Source of the DNA: Saprolegnia diclina VS20
Lineage: Eukaryota
Reading direction: 5' to 3'
Assembly: GCF_000281045.1 (NCBI RefSeq)
Contig: NW_008246068.1
Span: 316,547-367,266, forward strand
DNA: 50,720 nt
Shown here: piece by piece, positions 1 through 12,286 of the stretch
Numbering within the stretch: the stretch's first letter is position 1
Layout: the number at the start of each line of letters is the position of its first letter
Translations under genes and position numbers: made by a program
Notes under the pieces: model-generated
Databases searched by the model: none
Seen by the model: only the letters and a program-made list of their open reading frames with translations
Told to the model about the DNA's origin: nothing

Positions 1-2916
1 TACTGTTGATGGGGCGGACGAGGCACCACTGTCGGCAACCACAGTCAACACCTCTTGCGCAAGACGCGTGTACACCTACAGGCCAGGCAGAGGTGGTGGG
101 GACGTCGATGCCAAATGGGCGTCGTACGCTCGCCCACGGGTCCGACGTTCTACATGTCTGTGAGCGCACTCTCTTATATATTGCGTACCGTAGCTGCTGC
201 AGCGACTCTTCGAGCGACTGCACCTTGGCATACGCCGTCTTGAGACGCGCACTCAGCGCGACCTTGTCTGCTGCGAGTGTCTTGATTTGGTCCGCAACGT
301 CCAGCTACAGGCTGCCATCAACCACCCGTGGACACGACGTGCACACCTTGGAGAACCCATGCAGGGTCGTCGTGATGGCGGGGGCCGATGCCGTTCGGGC
401 CAGCGTCTTGTCGCGCTCAAGCTCCAAGCGGTAACGCTCTGCGGCGGCGGTGCTCGCACGGGCAGCGTCCCGCTCTCTCTACAATCCCACTGTGACGGAA
501 ACGACGAGCGACGTCGCGTACCTGCAAGGTGTTGGCGCTGGCAATGAGCTCGGCGTTGTCCGCCAGCGCGTTCTGCAGTGCGTGCTCGAGAAACTTCTTG
601 GACTGGCGCAAACTGTCGAGCTTTTGCAATAAATGCAGCATCTGCTGGTGCTGCAGTTGGAGGTCGGCCACCGCGTTCTCGAGCGTCGATGGCCGCGACG
701 CGGCGTTGAACGAGGTGACCGCCTACGCCACCTTGAGCACACATCGGAAAACATGCTCCGTACCAAGCGAATGTCCTCCGACACGTCGCTTTCGGACCGG
801 CGGTGGCGCCGCGGGCTCTGCGATCGGAGCAAGGGTTAGGGTGCGAATGTGGGTAGGGTTCGATGTACCGGAACAAAGGGCACGCTCTCTTCTTGAATGC
901 GATGGCACGTACTTGGCCGTGACTGCAGCAGCTGTAGCTGGTTGTGCAGTGCGCTCGCAGCCGCCGTCTGCTCGCGCAAGGCGTCGTTTTGACGCTCGCG
1001 TTCGGCGGCTGCGGTGGCCTCGCTGGATGCAAGACGATGCCGCGCCGCCGCGAGCTCGCGCTCCAGCTCCTCGTACGCTACATCACGTGCTTGGAGACGG
1101 GCTTGGAGCTGCGATACGACAACGTCATGTCCATGCGCCTCCGAGCGCGCTACAGCAACGAGCGATACCCGGTGGGTCGCGGCTTCCTCAAGCGCCATCC
1201 GAAGCTGCTCGTTTTCCAAGGGCAGGCGACAGGTCGCGTCTTGCTTGGAGCTACCCTCGGTCTCGCAAGGGTCATGTGTCTCGTGTGCAGTGCGTCCATT
1301 GTCTTCGGAAGCGAGGCGCCAGCGCGCGACCTCCTCGCTTGCCGCGGCGGCCGACCGTTGCAGCCGTGCGTTGTCGCTCTTGAGCGCGAACTTGTCGCTC
1401 AAGAGTGCGTCGAGGCGGCAGCTCATCTCGCGCTCTGTGGCCGTGTGCTCTGCGTCGAGGCGCGCGAGTTTCGACCGCGCGTCGGCGAGGTCGCGCTGCA
1501 GCACTGCCAATGTGTTGCCCGTGTCCTCGTTGGCAACGGCGGCGGTCGTGATGCACTTGGCGCGCTGAACAAACTGCAAAGTCGAGAGCGTCTCGGTGGT
1601 AAACGCTTCGTCCGGCGCAATCGTGGCGAGCAGCGTCGTCTTGGAGTTGCCGCCAAGGGCGTCCCGCAGTAGGAACGTGAGCTTCGAGTCACGGTAGTTG
1701 ACATGGCGCTTGACGCCGCGCGAGACATCGACAAGCGCCGTGATGACATTGCCGAGCACCGAGAGCGACTTGTTGATCTGCGACGCCTAATCATCAATAA
1801 ACAATGTTGTTCATAAACTATAGCTCCTACTTCTTTGAGACGCAACCCAAACGCCCGCGTGTGACTCTGCTTCTCTGAGCCCGCGAGATCGACAAGGTGC
1901 AGTAGCGATCGCCGAACGACAGAAAGGCCGTCGGCCGTCGGAAGGGTTTGTGTCAAATGAAGCGTAAACACCGAGTGCGACCTCGAGCTCTCTCGGTTCA
2001 TGGCCGTGCTGCCCACGGTGCGCTGCTTGGTGCCAAGATGTAGCAAGCGCAGCGCGTCCTCGGGCGTCGTCACGTGGCTTTCGAGGATGTCCTGGACATA
2101 GACTCCGGTGTTGTCTTCTCGCACGGCCTTGGGCTCGGTCGCTGACGTGTCGAGGAGGTCGAAGATCTTCTCGTTGTAAATCTCAAAGTACGAGCAGTGG
2201 CATGTAAAGGGCGTCTACCATGGCCGTGAAGAGAAGACCCAAGCTCAAGGAACGAACCTGGGACGCCGAGAGGGACGCAAAAAGCTGCTGGACAACGCGC
2301 GGAATGAGGCCGCGCTCGTCGCTACTCGGGTCCATGTCGCCCTATGTCTTGGCGATGCGGCAAAGATGCAACATCCTTGGTAGCGTACTTGCATGGTGTG
2401 CGTTTTGCCCGAGCCCGTTTGGCCGTACGCGAGGACGCAGCCGTGAAAGCCGAGGAGAACAGTCGCCACGACGGGCAGGCCCACCTTGAGAAAGATCTCT
2501 TCTTGCGTCGCTGCCTCGGGAAAGACGCCGTCGACCGCATACCGGCGCCGGTCGGTCTTGAGCATATGCATGTTGACGCTGACCGACTGCGTTGGCAGGT
2601 CGACATCGACGCAGCGCCGGTCGCTCGCCGACGGCCGAATGCGCACCATGCAGCGAATGGTCTCGCCGAGCGGCGGCGCGTCGGCGAGACAGCTCGCTTG
2701 GCGCTCGAGCTTGCGCTCAATGTCGCTGGCGAGGGCGGGCACGCGATCGCGTGGTACGACGACGACGCTGGTGGGCTTGGGAAGGCGGGATGGCGACAAG
2801 AGCTTGCTACAGAGAAGAGCCCATGAGCCCTCGCAGTGCCATAGCGAAGCACCGTACTTGGCCTTCCATCGCGGCGATGGCGGTGCTACGTCCATGCCAC
2901 TGCGCAAGTGAGCCAT
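1..2916 (-). CDS. Kinesin-12/KIF15-like motor protein with a long coiled-coil tail; multi-exon, 3' end near or beyond the left edge
   Basis: Motor motifs across ORFs 2245-3036, 1423-2124 and 836-1759: P-loop [31 protein letters not shown] and [44 protein letters not shown] at 2916. Heptad-rich tail exons continue through short GT..AG introns to about position 80 or off the edge. Confidence 0.9.
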
Positions 2917-3133
2917 GCGTGCGATCGTCGAGGCGAAGTTCGAAGCCAGACGGTTGCACAACGTCTTGGCATTTATATGTGAAATGTAACGCTCGAAGTA
3001 GGCATCCGAAGTTGAAACGGTCCACACAACCCACACTAGCCGTAGACAATAAGGTGTATATACCTTTTAACTATAATAGCAGATTGTGTACAACTGCGAG
3101 ATGCACCAGAATACCATCGACCAACGTTAAATG

Positions 3134-5027
3134 TTAAATGATATTGGCAAGTTTGTCGGGTTTTCTGGTCGAAAACAGGCGCCGGAGACTCATGCGGCGT
3201 GGCTTGGTCTTGTGCTCGAGCTGCGTCTGAAGGTCGGCAATGATCTCCTGCAGCGTGAACGACGCCTTCTCTCTGCCGTCCAACGCGTCCTGGGCCTCCA
3301 TCAGTGCTCTTGCGACTTTGGCGAGCTCGGCGTCCATCGCTCGCTTCTGTGCTTCAAAGGCTGCTGCCTGGACCAGTAGTGCATTGCGCTCCTCCAGTAT
3401 GATTTCCGTGTCCTGGACGATCTTGCCAAGCGTGTCCTACACGTGGCGTGAGCTTATCAAACGGAGACGCAGCAGGTTCGACGGACTTTGATGGCATAGA
3501 TCTCCTTGTCTTTGGCAGTAATGATGGCTTCCTTCGCTGCCACCTCGCGCTTGAGCTTGTGCAGATCTTCGATCCACCGACTGTCTTTGGTCGCGTCAGC
3601 GAGCTGTCGTTCAAGGTCGGCGATCTGTTCTTCGTACGCGGCTACGACGGCCGGAGGCTCGACGTCCTTTTCTGGCTCGTCGACGCGGTCGTCGAGGCGC
3701 GCCGTGAGCGCCGCCACTTGCTTCTCGAGACGCGCGATCAGCGCCGCGTCGTCCTCGAATTGAACCGCGTGGTTCTTGATGTACTTGACGCGCTGCACAA
3801 ACTGCAATGTGGAGACCGTCTCGGGCAGCCAGCGCTCGTGCGCAGAGATCGTTGCGACGACTGTCGTCTTGGAGTTGCCGCCAAGGGCGTCCCGTAAGAG
3901 GAAAGTGAGCTTCGAGTCGCGGTAGTGCACGTGCCGGCGTCGGCCGCTCGAGACATCGACGAGCGCCGTGATGACGTTGCCGAGCACTGAGAGCGACTTG
4001 TTGATCTGCGACGCCTACCCACTTGAAAGATTGATACTTTGAAACTTTGAATGCGTACCTCTTTGAGACGCACGCCGGTCGCGCCGGTCTGGCTCTGCTT
4101 TTCCGAGCCGGCGAGGTCGACGAGATGCAAGATCGATTTGAGGCGAGCGCCGTCCCGTGTCGTCTGCGTGAGCTTGATCGTAAATACCGAGTGCGACCGC
4201 GAGCTCTCGCGGTTCATAGCCGTGCTGCCCACGGTGCGGTTGCGACCGCCGAGCGCCAGCAGCTGCAGCGCCGAGCTCGATGACGTCACGGGAAGTTCGA
4301 GCAAGTCTTGGACAAATACGTTTTGCTGGCTGTCTTCCCGGAGGAGCTTGGCGTCAACCGTGACGTCGTCGTCGAGGAGGTCGTAGATGCGCTCGTTGTA
4401 AATCTCGAGATACGAGCAGCGACACTCGAACGGCGCCTACGAGCCGAGTACGCACGTGCGCTGCTGCCATGGCAGCGTACCGAGAGCTGGGCGAAGAGCG
4501 CCTCGAGGATACGGGGCACGACGCCGCGGGTCTCGCCGTGCGTGCTCTCGCCCTAGTTACCGCTGTCAGCGATGTTTCTCGTGGCGCGCATGGTCGCGCA
4601 CCTCCATCGTGTACGTCTTGCCCGAGCCAGTTTGGCCGTATGCAAAGAGGCAGCCATTGTAGCCGGCGAGCGCATGGGCCACAAAGGCGGCGCCCACAGC
4701 CTCGTACACGTCGGCCTGCGATGCACTGGCCTGGACGACGCCGTCGACAGTGAATGCCTTGACGTCACTTCCGTTGGCCTTGGACACACTCAGCACCGTT
4801 GCGTCGACGGCTACCTCGACGCAGCTTGGGGCGTCGTCGGTCGTGGGCTGGATGCGGACAAATGCGCGGATGTTGTCGGCGCTCGACGGCGCGTCCAAGA
4901 CGCCCGAGTCGCTGCTGTCGGTGGACATGGACCGGCGGTGGCGCCGCGCGGGCGACAGCACGTGGCTCGGTGAGTACGACGCCCGCCGGCCCATCGGCGT
5001 CGTCTCCGTCGGCAGCGCGTCGGCCAT
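3134..5027 (-). CDS. Kinesin-12/KIF15-like motor protein (tandem paralog, shorter tail); multi-exon
   Basis: [62 protein letters not shown] at 5027 (MADALPTE), stop at 3134 (..KLANII*). Motor-domain intron positions match the neighbouring kinesin. Confidence 0.92.
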
Positions 5028-6142
5028 TGCAGAAATGGACGTTCGCCACGCCCTTCGATCGTGCAAAGCGTATTTATAGCTAACGCGCCCAACCGCTCAA
5101 GGTCTCCGCCTGCCCGTTCTCCGGCGCTCAGGCATCACCACGCTCCAAGCAGCATCTCGCTCGATGCGCATCGACGGCTCGCAGGCAGCGCAACTCTGGC
5201 GGCTGTGTGTAGTCGTTAGCCGCCAAAGTGCGAGTTTTAGCTGGCCTTTCTAGCTCGTTCGCGTCGCGTGCCCATCGATCTCGTGAGGGACCGAGACGGT
5301 GCAGAGCAGATATTATGTGGGCGGATGCGGCACGCGCTGGCCCGACGACTGGCCCGACGATCGTGTCTCTGCGCCAGCGTCGTTGAAGGACAAGCGCTCG
5401 TAGTACAAGGCGATGGCGTGCGTCCACGAGGCAGCAGAGCACCTTGGTAGCGTCGGACGCACGACGCCATCCGCAGTGCCCCTTCCTCGCATCCACTATG
5501 TAGCCGACCACGGTGGCGACCAGGATGACGTGGTGGCGCCATCTGGTCGAGCCTTTTCGAACGTGTTGCTTTTTTCTTCTTCTCTGTCCGCAGTGGACGT
5601 CGCGAGGCTTCTTCCAGCTGCACACTGCATGGCGATGACCCTCGGCGAGCGCATCACGCCAACACGATTACGGCAGCGACATGGCACCCACAACGTCGGC
5701 GAAGACATGACGACCGTCAATGGGCGCGTGCCATGGCCATGTTCGCAGCCATCATCATCATCATGTACTCTGTCGTTGCGGCGTGTCGTCAGCTGCTGAG
5801 CCCAGCGCGTGGGTGCTAGTGGCCAGTCACAGTCCACTGCAACCAGGTGCGTTGCCTTCGACCACCTTGGCGATGCCAACCTCACGCACCGCCAGCTCGC
5901 GCCACCCGCGCGTGCGGCGACCGCGGTGCCTGGTCAAATATCGCAGCCGTCGGTCGCACCGTCGGAGAACCAGAGAAGGAGAAGGAGGTCGTCTTCGTCG
6001 TTGATGCGACCTGATGAGGTCAGTGTTCTGGGTGGCGGTCCCACGGTGGAATTTTGCGCCTCAGATCAAGGCAGTGCACAACAGTGGGACGCGTGATCGG
6101 TCGGCCATCGACGCCGAGCGTCAAAGAGCAAGTTGCCTTGAG

Positions 6143-7117
6143 ATGACCAAGTCGAATTACTTTGTCGAAGGCGTGATTGCCAAGGCGCTGTACGGCCAAG
6201 TGCTGCTCTGTCGCAACGAGAAAGGTGGGCGCGCCGCGGTCAAGCGCGTCGACCTCTCCATCTCGGGCACGCGGCCGTCGGACCTCGACGACCTCGACGA
6301 GATGAGCGTGCGCGACGAGATCGAGGCCGAGAAGCACGTCAACCTCGTGCTGCAGAAGCACCGCCACCGCAACCTCGTGGCCATGGACGACCACTTTGAG
6401 GTCGACGGCTTCCAACACTTTGTCTTCGAGTACTGCGCGAACGGCGAGCTCTTTGACGCGCTCAAGCACGCCAAGGGCGGTCGCTTCAGCGAGCTCCGCG
6501 CCTTGCACTACTTTCGCCAGATCGTAGCCGGCGTGCACCACATGCACCGCCATGGCTACGCGCACCGCGACCTCTCGCTCGAGAACGTTCTCTTGACCAA
6601 AGACAATGTGTGCAAGGTCTGCGACTTTGGCCTCGCCGTGCCGCTGCCGGGCGTGGCCACCGAGACGGTCGGGAAGCTCAACTACATGGCGCCCGAAGTG
6701 CACGCGGGCGACGTCTACGACCCGGCGCTCGCCGACGTGTGGTCGCTTGGCATGATGCTCTTCATCATGCTCTCGGGCGTGCCCCTTGTCGACGTGCCGA
6801 GCGACAGCGATCGGCGGTTCACGATTCTGCACGAATATGGCGTCGAGGCCATCGTGGGCATGTGGCACATGGAACACCTCATCTCGCATGCGATCCTCGA
6901 CCTCCTCCAGTCGATGCTCCTCGTGCATCCAAGCAAGCGCGCGACCATCGCGCAGGTCAAGCGGTACCTTGACACGATGGACCGCCCGGAGGTCCCGCCG
7001 CCGCCGCCGATGCAGAGCCGCGGCAAGGCCAAGAAGCCAAAGAAGGTGGCAACCAAGCTCAAGCAGCCGATGGTCGGCGGTGGCAAGTGGCGCAGCCTCT
7101 TCCAGCGCTGGTTCTGA
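6143..7117 (+). CDS. Ser/Thr protein kinase, CAMK-like HRDLSLEN family, intronless
   Basis: AAVK, FEYCANGELF, YAHRDLSLEN, CDFG, GKLNYMAPE, DVWSLG. Probable ATG at 6143 within ORF 6014-7117. Confidence 0.93.
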   Translation: MTKSNYFVEGVIAKALYGQVLLCRNEKGGRAAVKRVDLSISGTRPSDLDDLDEMSVRDEIEAEKHVNLVLQKHRHRNLVAMDDHFEVDGFQHFVFEYCANGELFDALKHAKGGRFSELRALHYFRQIVAGVHHMHRHGYAHRDLSLENVLLTKDNVCKVCDFGLAVPLPGVATETVGKLNYMAPEVHAGDVYDPALADVWSLGMMLFIMLSGVPLVDVPSDSDRRFTILHEYGVEAIVGMWHMEHLISHAILDLLQSMLLVHPSKRATIAQVKRYLDTMDRPEVPPPPPMQSRGKAKKPKKVATKLKQPMVGGGKWRSLFQRWF

Positions 7118-7987
7118 GCACCGGGATATCACACTATTTATACACACTCACTATTTTATGCTCCCACAACGTGTGTTTTCCATCGCATCCCACCAACACA
7201 CATGATACGCACACCAAAAAATTAAATCCCACGTCGTTCACACGGTGTGAAACGGAAATAGTGTATGATATAGACCAAGTAGCTTCATGCAAGCTGCGTC
7301 CTTCGTAATCTCGGGGCGTTGATCAGCTGCAATTGCACTGCACAGGTCCGTCCTTGCACTGGGAATGCAGGCGTTGGACACGTCTAGCTGCATGGAGACA
7401 GCAAGTCCAAACGGCCCTATACAAAAACCCCAATTACCCACTGCAATAAATTCAATTAAATTCGAGAAAAATAGCACTCGCTATCAGACGTCGCTACGTG
7501 CAAGCCCCGTACAAGGACGACCTCGCCGCGCTGTCTGGACAAGTCGCATGCCCAGCGCCGCGAGGTACGCGCATGTGAAGACCAGTGCAAGGTTGCGACC
7601 ACGGATCCATACACTGCGTAGTATGGACGGTTACGAAGCCTGATTCCCGCGCGTGTGACCAACGTGGGCGACAAATATCCACGTCATGGATTCAGCATGG
7701 ATTCATAACCACACCGGAATGAATCGCTCGTCCGGCAAGCAACGTCGGTGCTGGTCCTTGAGCGGTCGACGAGCGACCCTCGCTTCGATGCGTGCATCTC
7801 CAAGGGTCCAGGTCGAGCGCGTGTCGTCGGACGAGGCGGCGCCAGTGGTCGTGTGCTTCGAATATTCAATATTTCCATGGCAATATATATTCACATTGGC
7901 AATTTGATAGTGTTTATGTATGGGACTGGTTATATATTGGAATATATTCCCGCCAAGCGCGCAAAAGACGGGCCAGCCGACCCATCA

Positions 7988-7994
7988 TCATTTT
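7988..7994 (+). promoter_or_regulatory. Inr-like core promoter motif TCATTTT
   Basis: Lies 36 nt upstream of the ATG at 8024 and matches the oomycete initiator core YCATTYY. Confidence 0.45.
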
Positions 7995-8023
7995 TCGAGA
8001 CCAGAGCCAGCGCCAGCTTGAGC

Positions 8024-10340
8024 ATGTCCTGCGCGTCCGACAACGTCATGACGACCTGCGCGGCCTGCGACGCGGGCGTACCCTGCCTGCGCTACTCGAC
8101 AGCGTCGACGTGCGCGCCCGTGCGTGGCGGCGTCTGCGTCACGCCGGCCGGCGACTGCCCATACCAGTGCTACCCGAGCGCCATCTCGAACGGCGTGTGG
8201 CAGTTTACGTACAAGAACGACCCAAAGACCACCGACAATGGCGGCTACGGGCCCCTCGGGCTCATCAAGAACTACACCGTTCCGAGCAGCGTGAGGTACG
8301 GTCGCAGTCGCCTGCCAGCACCAACGTCACCACACCTGTAGCACGGTCAAGGTCAGCGGTGGCCCGAACGCCGGCGTGGGCGGCAATCCGCTCAAGATCA
8401 TCTCGTCCTGGGACACTGCCTTCTTGGGAAGCTCCGTCTCGGCAATGTACGTTGGCGCAACGCGACGAAGGCTCATGACGACGTGTGCATAGCGCGCTCG
8501 ATGGCCTCAACCTCATGAGCTCGTACCCGACCGTGCCGGCAACCGTGACGGACGTGACCATAGCAAACTGCCAGCTCACAGCGGTCCCTGCGTGGGCGCT
8601 GTCGTCGTCGCTCGCGGTCCTCGCCCTCCCCAACAACAAGCTCGAGAAGCTGCCCGCTATTGGCTCGTCGCCGTACGAGAAGCTCGCCAATCTCAAAAAC
8701 TTGTACCCACCGACAGCTTATTGCACGCTCTTCATATCTGGCGCTAGGGACCTGAGTCGCAACGCGCTCTCGACCTTTGAATTGCAGCTCAAGAACCTCC
8801 AAGCTCTGTACTTCCGTCGAATCTGGACGCACTTGCTCACGACATAATTTGACGTAGCGATCTCTCCAACAATCAATTCACGACCATTCCGAGTGCGGTC
8901 TACAGCCTCTCGGGCCTCGCCAGCCTGTACGCGACGACCTGTCGACACGACCCCTAATCACCGTCCTGGTGTAGGAACCTTGATGGCAACCCGCTCTCGG
9001 GGGCGGTCTCCAAAGAGCAGTTTGCAGTTCTCAATGGCATCGCGACGCTCAAGCTCCCGGCCGTCACAGGCAGCTGCCCGTCGTCGTCCGGGCTCCAGAC
9101 AACAACGACGTCAGGCAACAGCATCTGCGTCGTCGGCGCCTCCTCGTCCTCGTCGACCGGGCTCATCGTCGGTATCGTGGCGGGCGTGGCCGTGCTGCTC
9201 GCTGCCATCGGCGGCTTCTTCTGGTACCGCAAGCGCCGGGCCGCATCCGCTGTGCCCGAGACAACGTTCAACGATTTCGAACCGTCGTACCCGCTGCCCG
9301 GCAGCCGGCGGCGACAGCCCACGGACGTGGATCTGCGCGGGTCGTCGGCGTCGACCAACCCCGGCAAGACGCTCGTGCGCGGTCGTGGCAGCAGCAACAA
9401 CGTCATGAGCAACAACTCGCCTGTCTACAAGGACCTACTGCTGCAGACGCGGAGCAACCAGACGCACCAGCGGTCGTCGATCGTGCTCCAGTCAGCGCTC
9501 AACCCAGCGATCGCGACGCTCGACGAGAACGACATGGTGTACACGCGGACGCTCGGAAAAGGTGCAAAGGGTGTCGTATGGCTCGCGAGCTACGCCGGCG
9601 ATGTGGTCGCGGTCAAGAAGATGGTGCAAACTGCGCCGGACACCGACCGCCAAGAGGCCCTCTGCAACCTCGTGGCGGAAGCGAACTTGCTCTTGACGCT
9701 GCGCCACGCCCACATCATCCAGCTGATTGGCGTCGTGACCGACCGGGTCAACGAAATCGCGGTCGTCCTCGAGTACATGGACCTCGGGGATCTGCGCGAG
9801 ATGCTCATGAAGAAGAAGCCGTCGCCGACCTTTGATTGGACGAGCTACAAGGGCACGTATGCACTTCACGTCGCGAAGGGCTTGGCGTACTTGCACGGGA
9901 AGAACCCGCCGCTCATTCATCGCGACATCAAGGCCCGGAATATCCTTGTCGACTCGCAGAAAGGCGCCAAGATCTGCGACTTTGGCGAGTCGCGCCTCCG
10001 GTCGTACCAGGAAACCATGACGTCCAACGTCGGGACAGCGCGCTGGATCGCGCCCGAGGTGCTGCTCAACGACGACTACAGTGAAAAGGCCGACATTTAC
10101 TCGTTTGGCGTGCTCCTCTCGGAGCTCGACACGCACGACGTGCCGTACAGCGACATCAATCTAGATGAGCGCGTCATTGTGCAGCGCGTCGCTGTGGGCC
10201 AGCTCCGGCCCAAGTTTTCGGCCACATGCCCTGAGAAGCTGCGCCGACTCGCCAACCACTGCATGCAAGCCGACCCGGCCCTGCGCCCGGACGCCAACAA
10301 GGTCGCTGCGAGCCTCGCGGATCTCCTCGAGTCGAACTAA
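8024..10340 (+). CDS. LRR receptor-like kinase, TKL group: Cys-rich N-terminus, LRRs, TM helix, kinase; 6 exons
   Basis: LRRs LALPNNKL, LDLSRNAL, LDLSNNQF and LNLDGNPL; TM GLIVGIVAGVAVLLAAIGGFFWY followed by RKRR; kinase GKGAKG, VAVKK, IHRDIKARN, CDFG, GTARWIAPE. Introns 8296-8341, 8447-8492, 8703-8747, 8808-8857 and 8927-8974 restore one reading frame. Confidence 0.93.
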
Positions 10341-10831
10341 CTAGGGACGCGATGACAATCTTATATATATCCCAGCACCCACTGGTTGTGTTGGTCCTTG
10401 TTGGGCAGCTACTTGCTTCTCGAAGGCTATACATATGCAGCCGTCCGCATCGCTTCGTCGCAGCTGCGATCTTATTGCGAGAGGCGACTTGAGGGTGCGG
10501 TTGAGGCGGGGAAACATCGTAACGACCTCGCCACAGCAATGACGATCGAAGCACAGACGATCGTCCACTCGATCGTGACCAATGGCTTGAAACCTTGATA
10601 GATCGAGCACCGGGGCAAGGAGATGCGGGGTCGACCTTGGCGATGTGCTCTAGAATTATTCGCGCCGATGCGCAAGCCCGCAGCCTTGGACACGCGCGTG
10701 CCAGCGGGCGAGAAAGCATTGGTGTCGGCAGAGCTGGGACCCGGCGCGATCCGGTGGTTCGCATGATCGTGGCGGGTGGGACGAGGGTGCCAAGCGCTCG
10801 TTGTCGCGGCCCAGTTGCAAAATAAGCGTGC

Positions 10832-11446
10832 ATGAACGTCTCGGTCCTCGACTGCTTCGCGGAGGTGGATTTGCTCCCGTCCACGCCGGCGGGCTGGCTG
10901 ATGCGCGACCTCCGCTCGCTCCTGGGTGCCGTCGGCGAGTTCCAACGGTCCACGCGGCCCGGCAGTCGTCTTGACTGGGCCAGAATCGCGACGATGCTTG
11001 CGCCCGACCTAGACAAGACGCCGTACGAGCTTCAGATCCGCTACAAGTGGATCGCGGACAAGGTGCGCCGCCGCCGCCAGCGCGAGGTGGCACGCGTCAC
11101 CGTCGTCAACGCCCGACCGGTCCGGTGCACGACACCCCACAGCGCCGATATTGCCGCGACGCGCAGCGGGTCTGTGTACGCGGTGACTCCCGGCCGGCCT
11201 CGCACCCGCTCGATTTCGCGTCCCGGCGGGATGCTCTCAACGCAACGCACGACCAAGGCTCGCAAGAAACGAAGCCCGAAAACCGCCAAGGTTTCTGGCC
11301 AGCCGCGCACCCAGTCGGTCAAGCTCGAGGCGTTCAAGACGAAGCCGGTCAAGACCGAATCGCTCCAGACAAAGTCGAAGGCGATCAAGGCGGAGACGGT
11401 CAACGTCGTCCGCGGCGTCAGCATGAAGCCAAAGGCCCCCCGATAG
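10832..11446 (+). CDS. Small basic protein with a Myb/SANT-like helix-turn-helix segment
   Basis: ATG-initiated 204 aa ORF with coding-like GC3. LDWARIATML..KTPYELQIRYKWI resembles Myb helices 2-3; the tail is Lys/Arg-rich. Confidence 0.6.
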   Translation: MNVSVLDCFAEVDLLPSTPAGWLMRDLRSLLGAVGEFQRSTRPGSRLDWARIATMLAPDLDKTPYELQIRYKWIADKVRRRRQREVARVTVVNARPVRCTTPHSADIAATRSGSVYAVTPGRPRTRSISRPGGMLSTQRTTKARKKRSPKTAKVSGQPRTQSVKLEAFKTKPVKTESLQTKSKAIKAETVNVVRGVSMKPKAPR

Positions 11447-12256
11447 GCTCGTCAGTAGTCTAGTCCAACGTGTAAGTGCTGCAACGACGCGTAAACCATG
11501 ATCGGACGGATTCATCGAGTGATTCACGAAATGGGGATGTTGAACGCGTCGTTTCTACGAAAGGCTCGACCAAAATAAGACTCAGGTACTAGTACACTAA
11601 GTTTAGTACTCTGCGATAAGATCTCAATGTGTTGGAACGTCGGCAGCCATGACGGCTTGCGAGCTCGAGGTCGCCCACCGGCAGCACATGACCCTGTCGG
11701 TCGTCGCTAGAATACGTGTACCACTAGGTACTTCAGTCGTCGGGCTCGGAGGAAGGATCCGTGGTTTGGTTGCACGTGGAAGCAGTGCTACATCAGCACA
11801 CCAAACGATCTACGGGTTTGTTTAATGTCGCCAGTTCAACAGGCGGGCTTCTTAAATGCGGGAACTACGTTTGGCGTGCTGCAGCAAGATGCAGTCACCG
11901 CCAATAATCACCAGGCGCGTCCTTGCCACACTCAAAGGAAGCGTCGTGGCGATGCTAGTCATCCGGATGATATCCGGAAGATACACCACCACCGATTCGT
12001 TGGCGCCAAATGCTTTTGGCTGAGAGCTAGCACGTGCGATTAAATCTTGATCTATCCACCCATCGAGCTGACTGGCGAGCCAACTAGCTACGAGTATCAC
12101 GTGAAAAAGCACAGATCGATCGACAGGCATTGGGCCAACAACCACCGACGATGCGATCGACCATCACTTATTCATGCATGAAGCCATACATTCATTCTGC
12201 TGTGCAAGATCGTGGCCCAGCGTCCGTCCAAGAGGGTTATTCAAAAGCGGCCAAGG

Positions 12257-12271
12257 GTCATTTTCGATTGC
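12257..12271 (+). promoter_or_regulatory. Inr/FPR-like core promoter (gTCATTTTcgattg)
   Basis: TCATTTT is 29 nt upstream of the ATG at 12287; the same spacing occurs at 15269 and 16922. Confidence 0.55.
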
Positions 12272-12286
12272 GCTACCTCGTCCACC

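Noticed and set aside
833..858. GGGTTAGGG..GGGTAGGG telomere-like or G-quadruplex-like tract
   Set aside because: Only one TTAGGG unit. It is the reverse complement of a kinesin intron containing a CTAAC branch-point-like site, not a telomeric array.
5197..5225. 8-bp inverted repeat TGGCGGCT..AGCCGCCA
   Set aside because: Short, GC-rich and isolated, so compatible with chance; no tRNA or MITE context.
5128..5950. Several overlapping ORFs between kinesin 2 and the first kinase
   Set aside because: No recognisable motif or consistent splice model; such ORFs are expected in GC-rich DNA.
11587..11596. Palindrome TACTAGTA, recurring near 13768, 17142 and 38087
   Set aside because: Inconsistent context (intergenic, exon-intron junction) and no shared flanks; no evidence for element ends.
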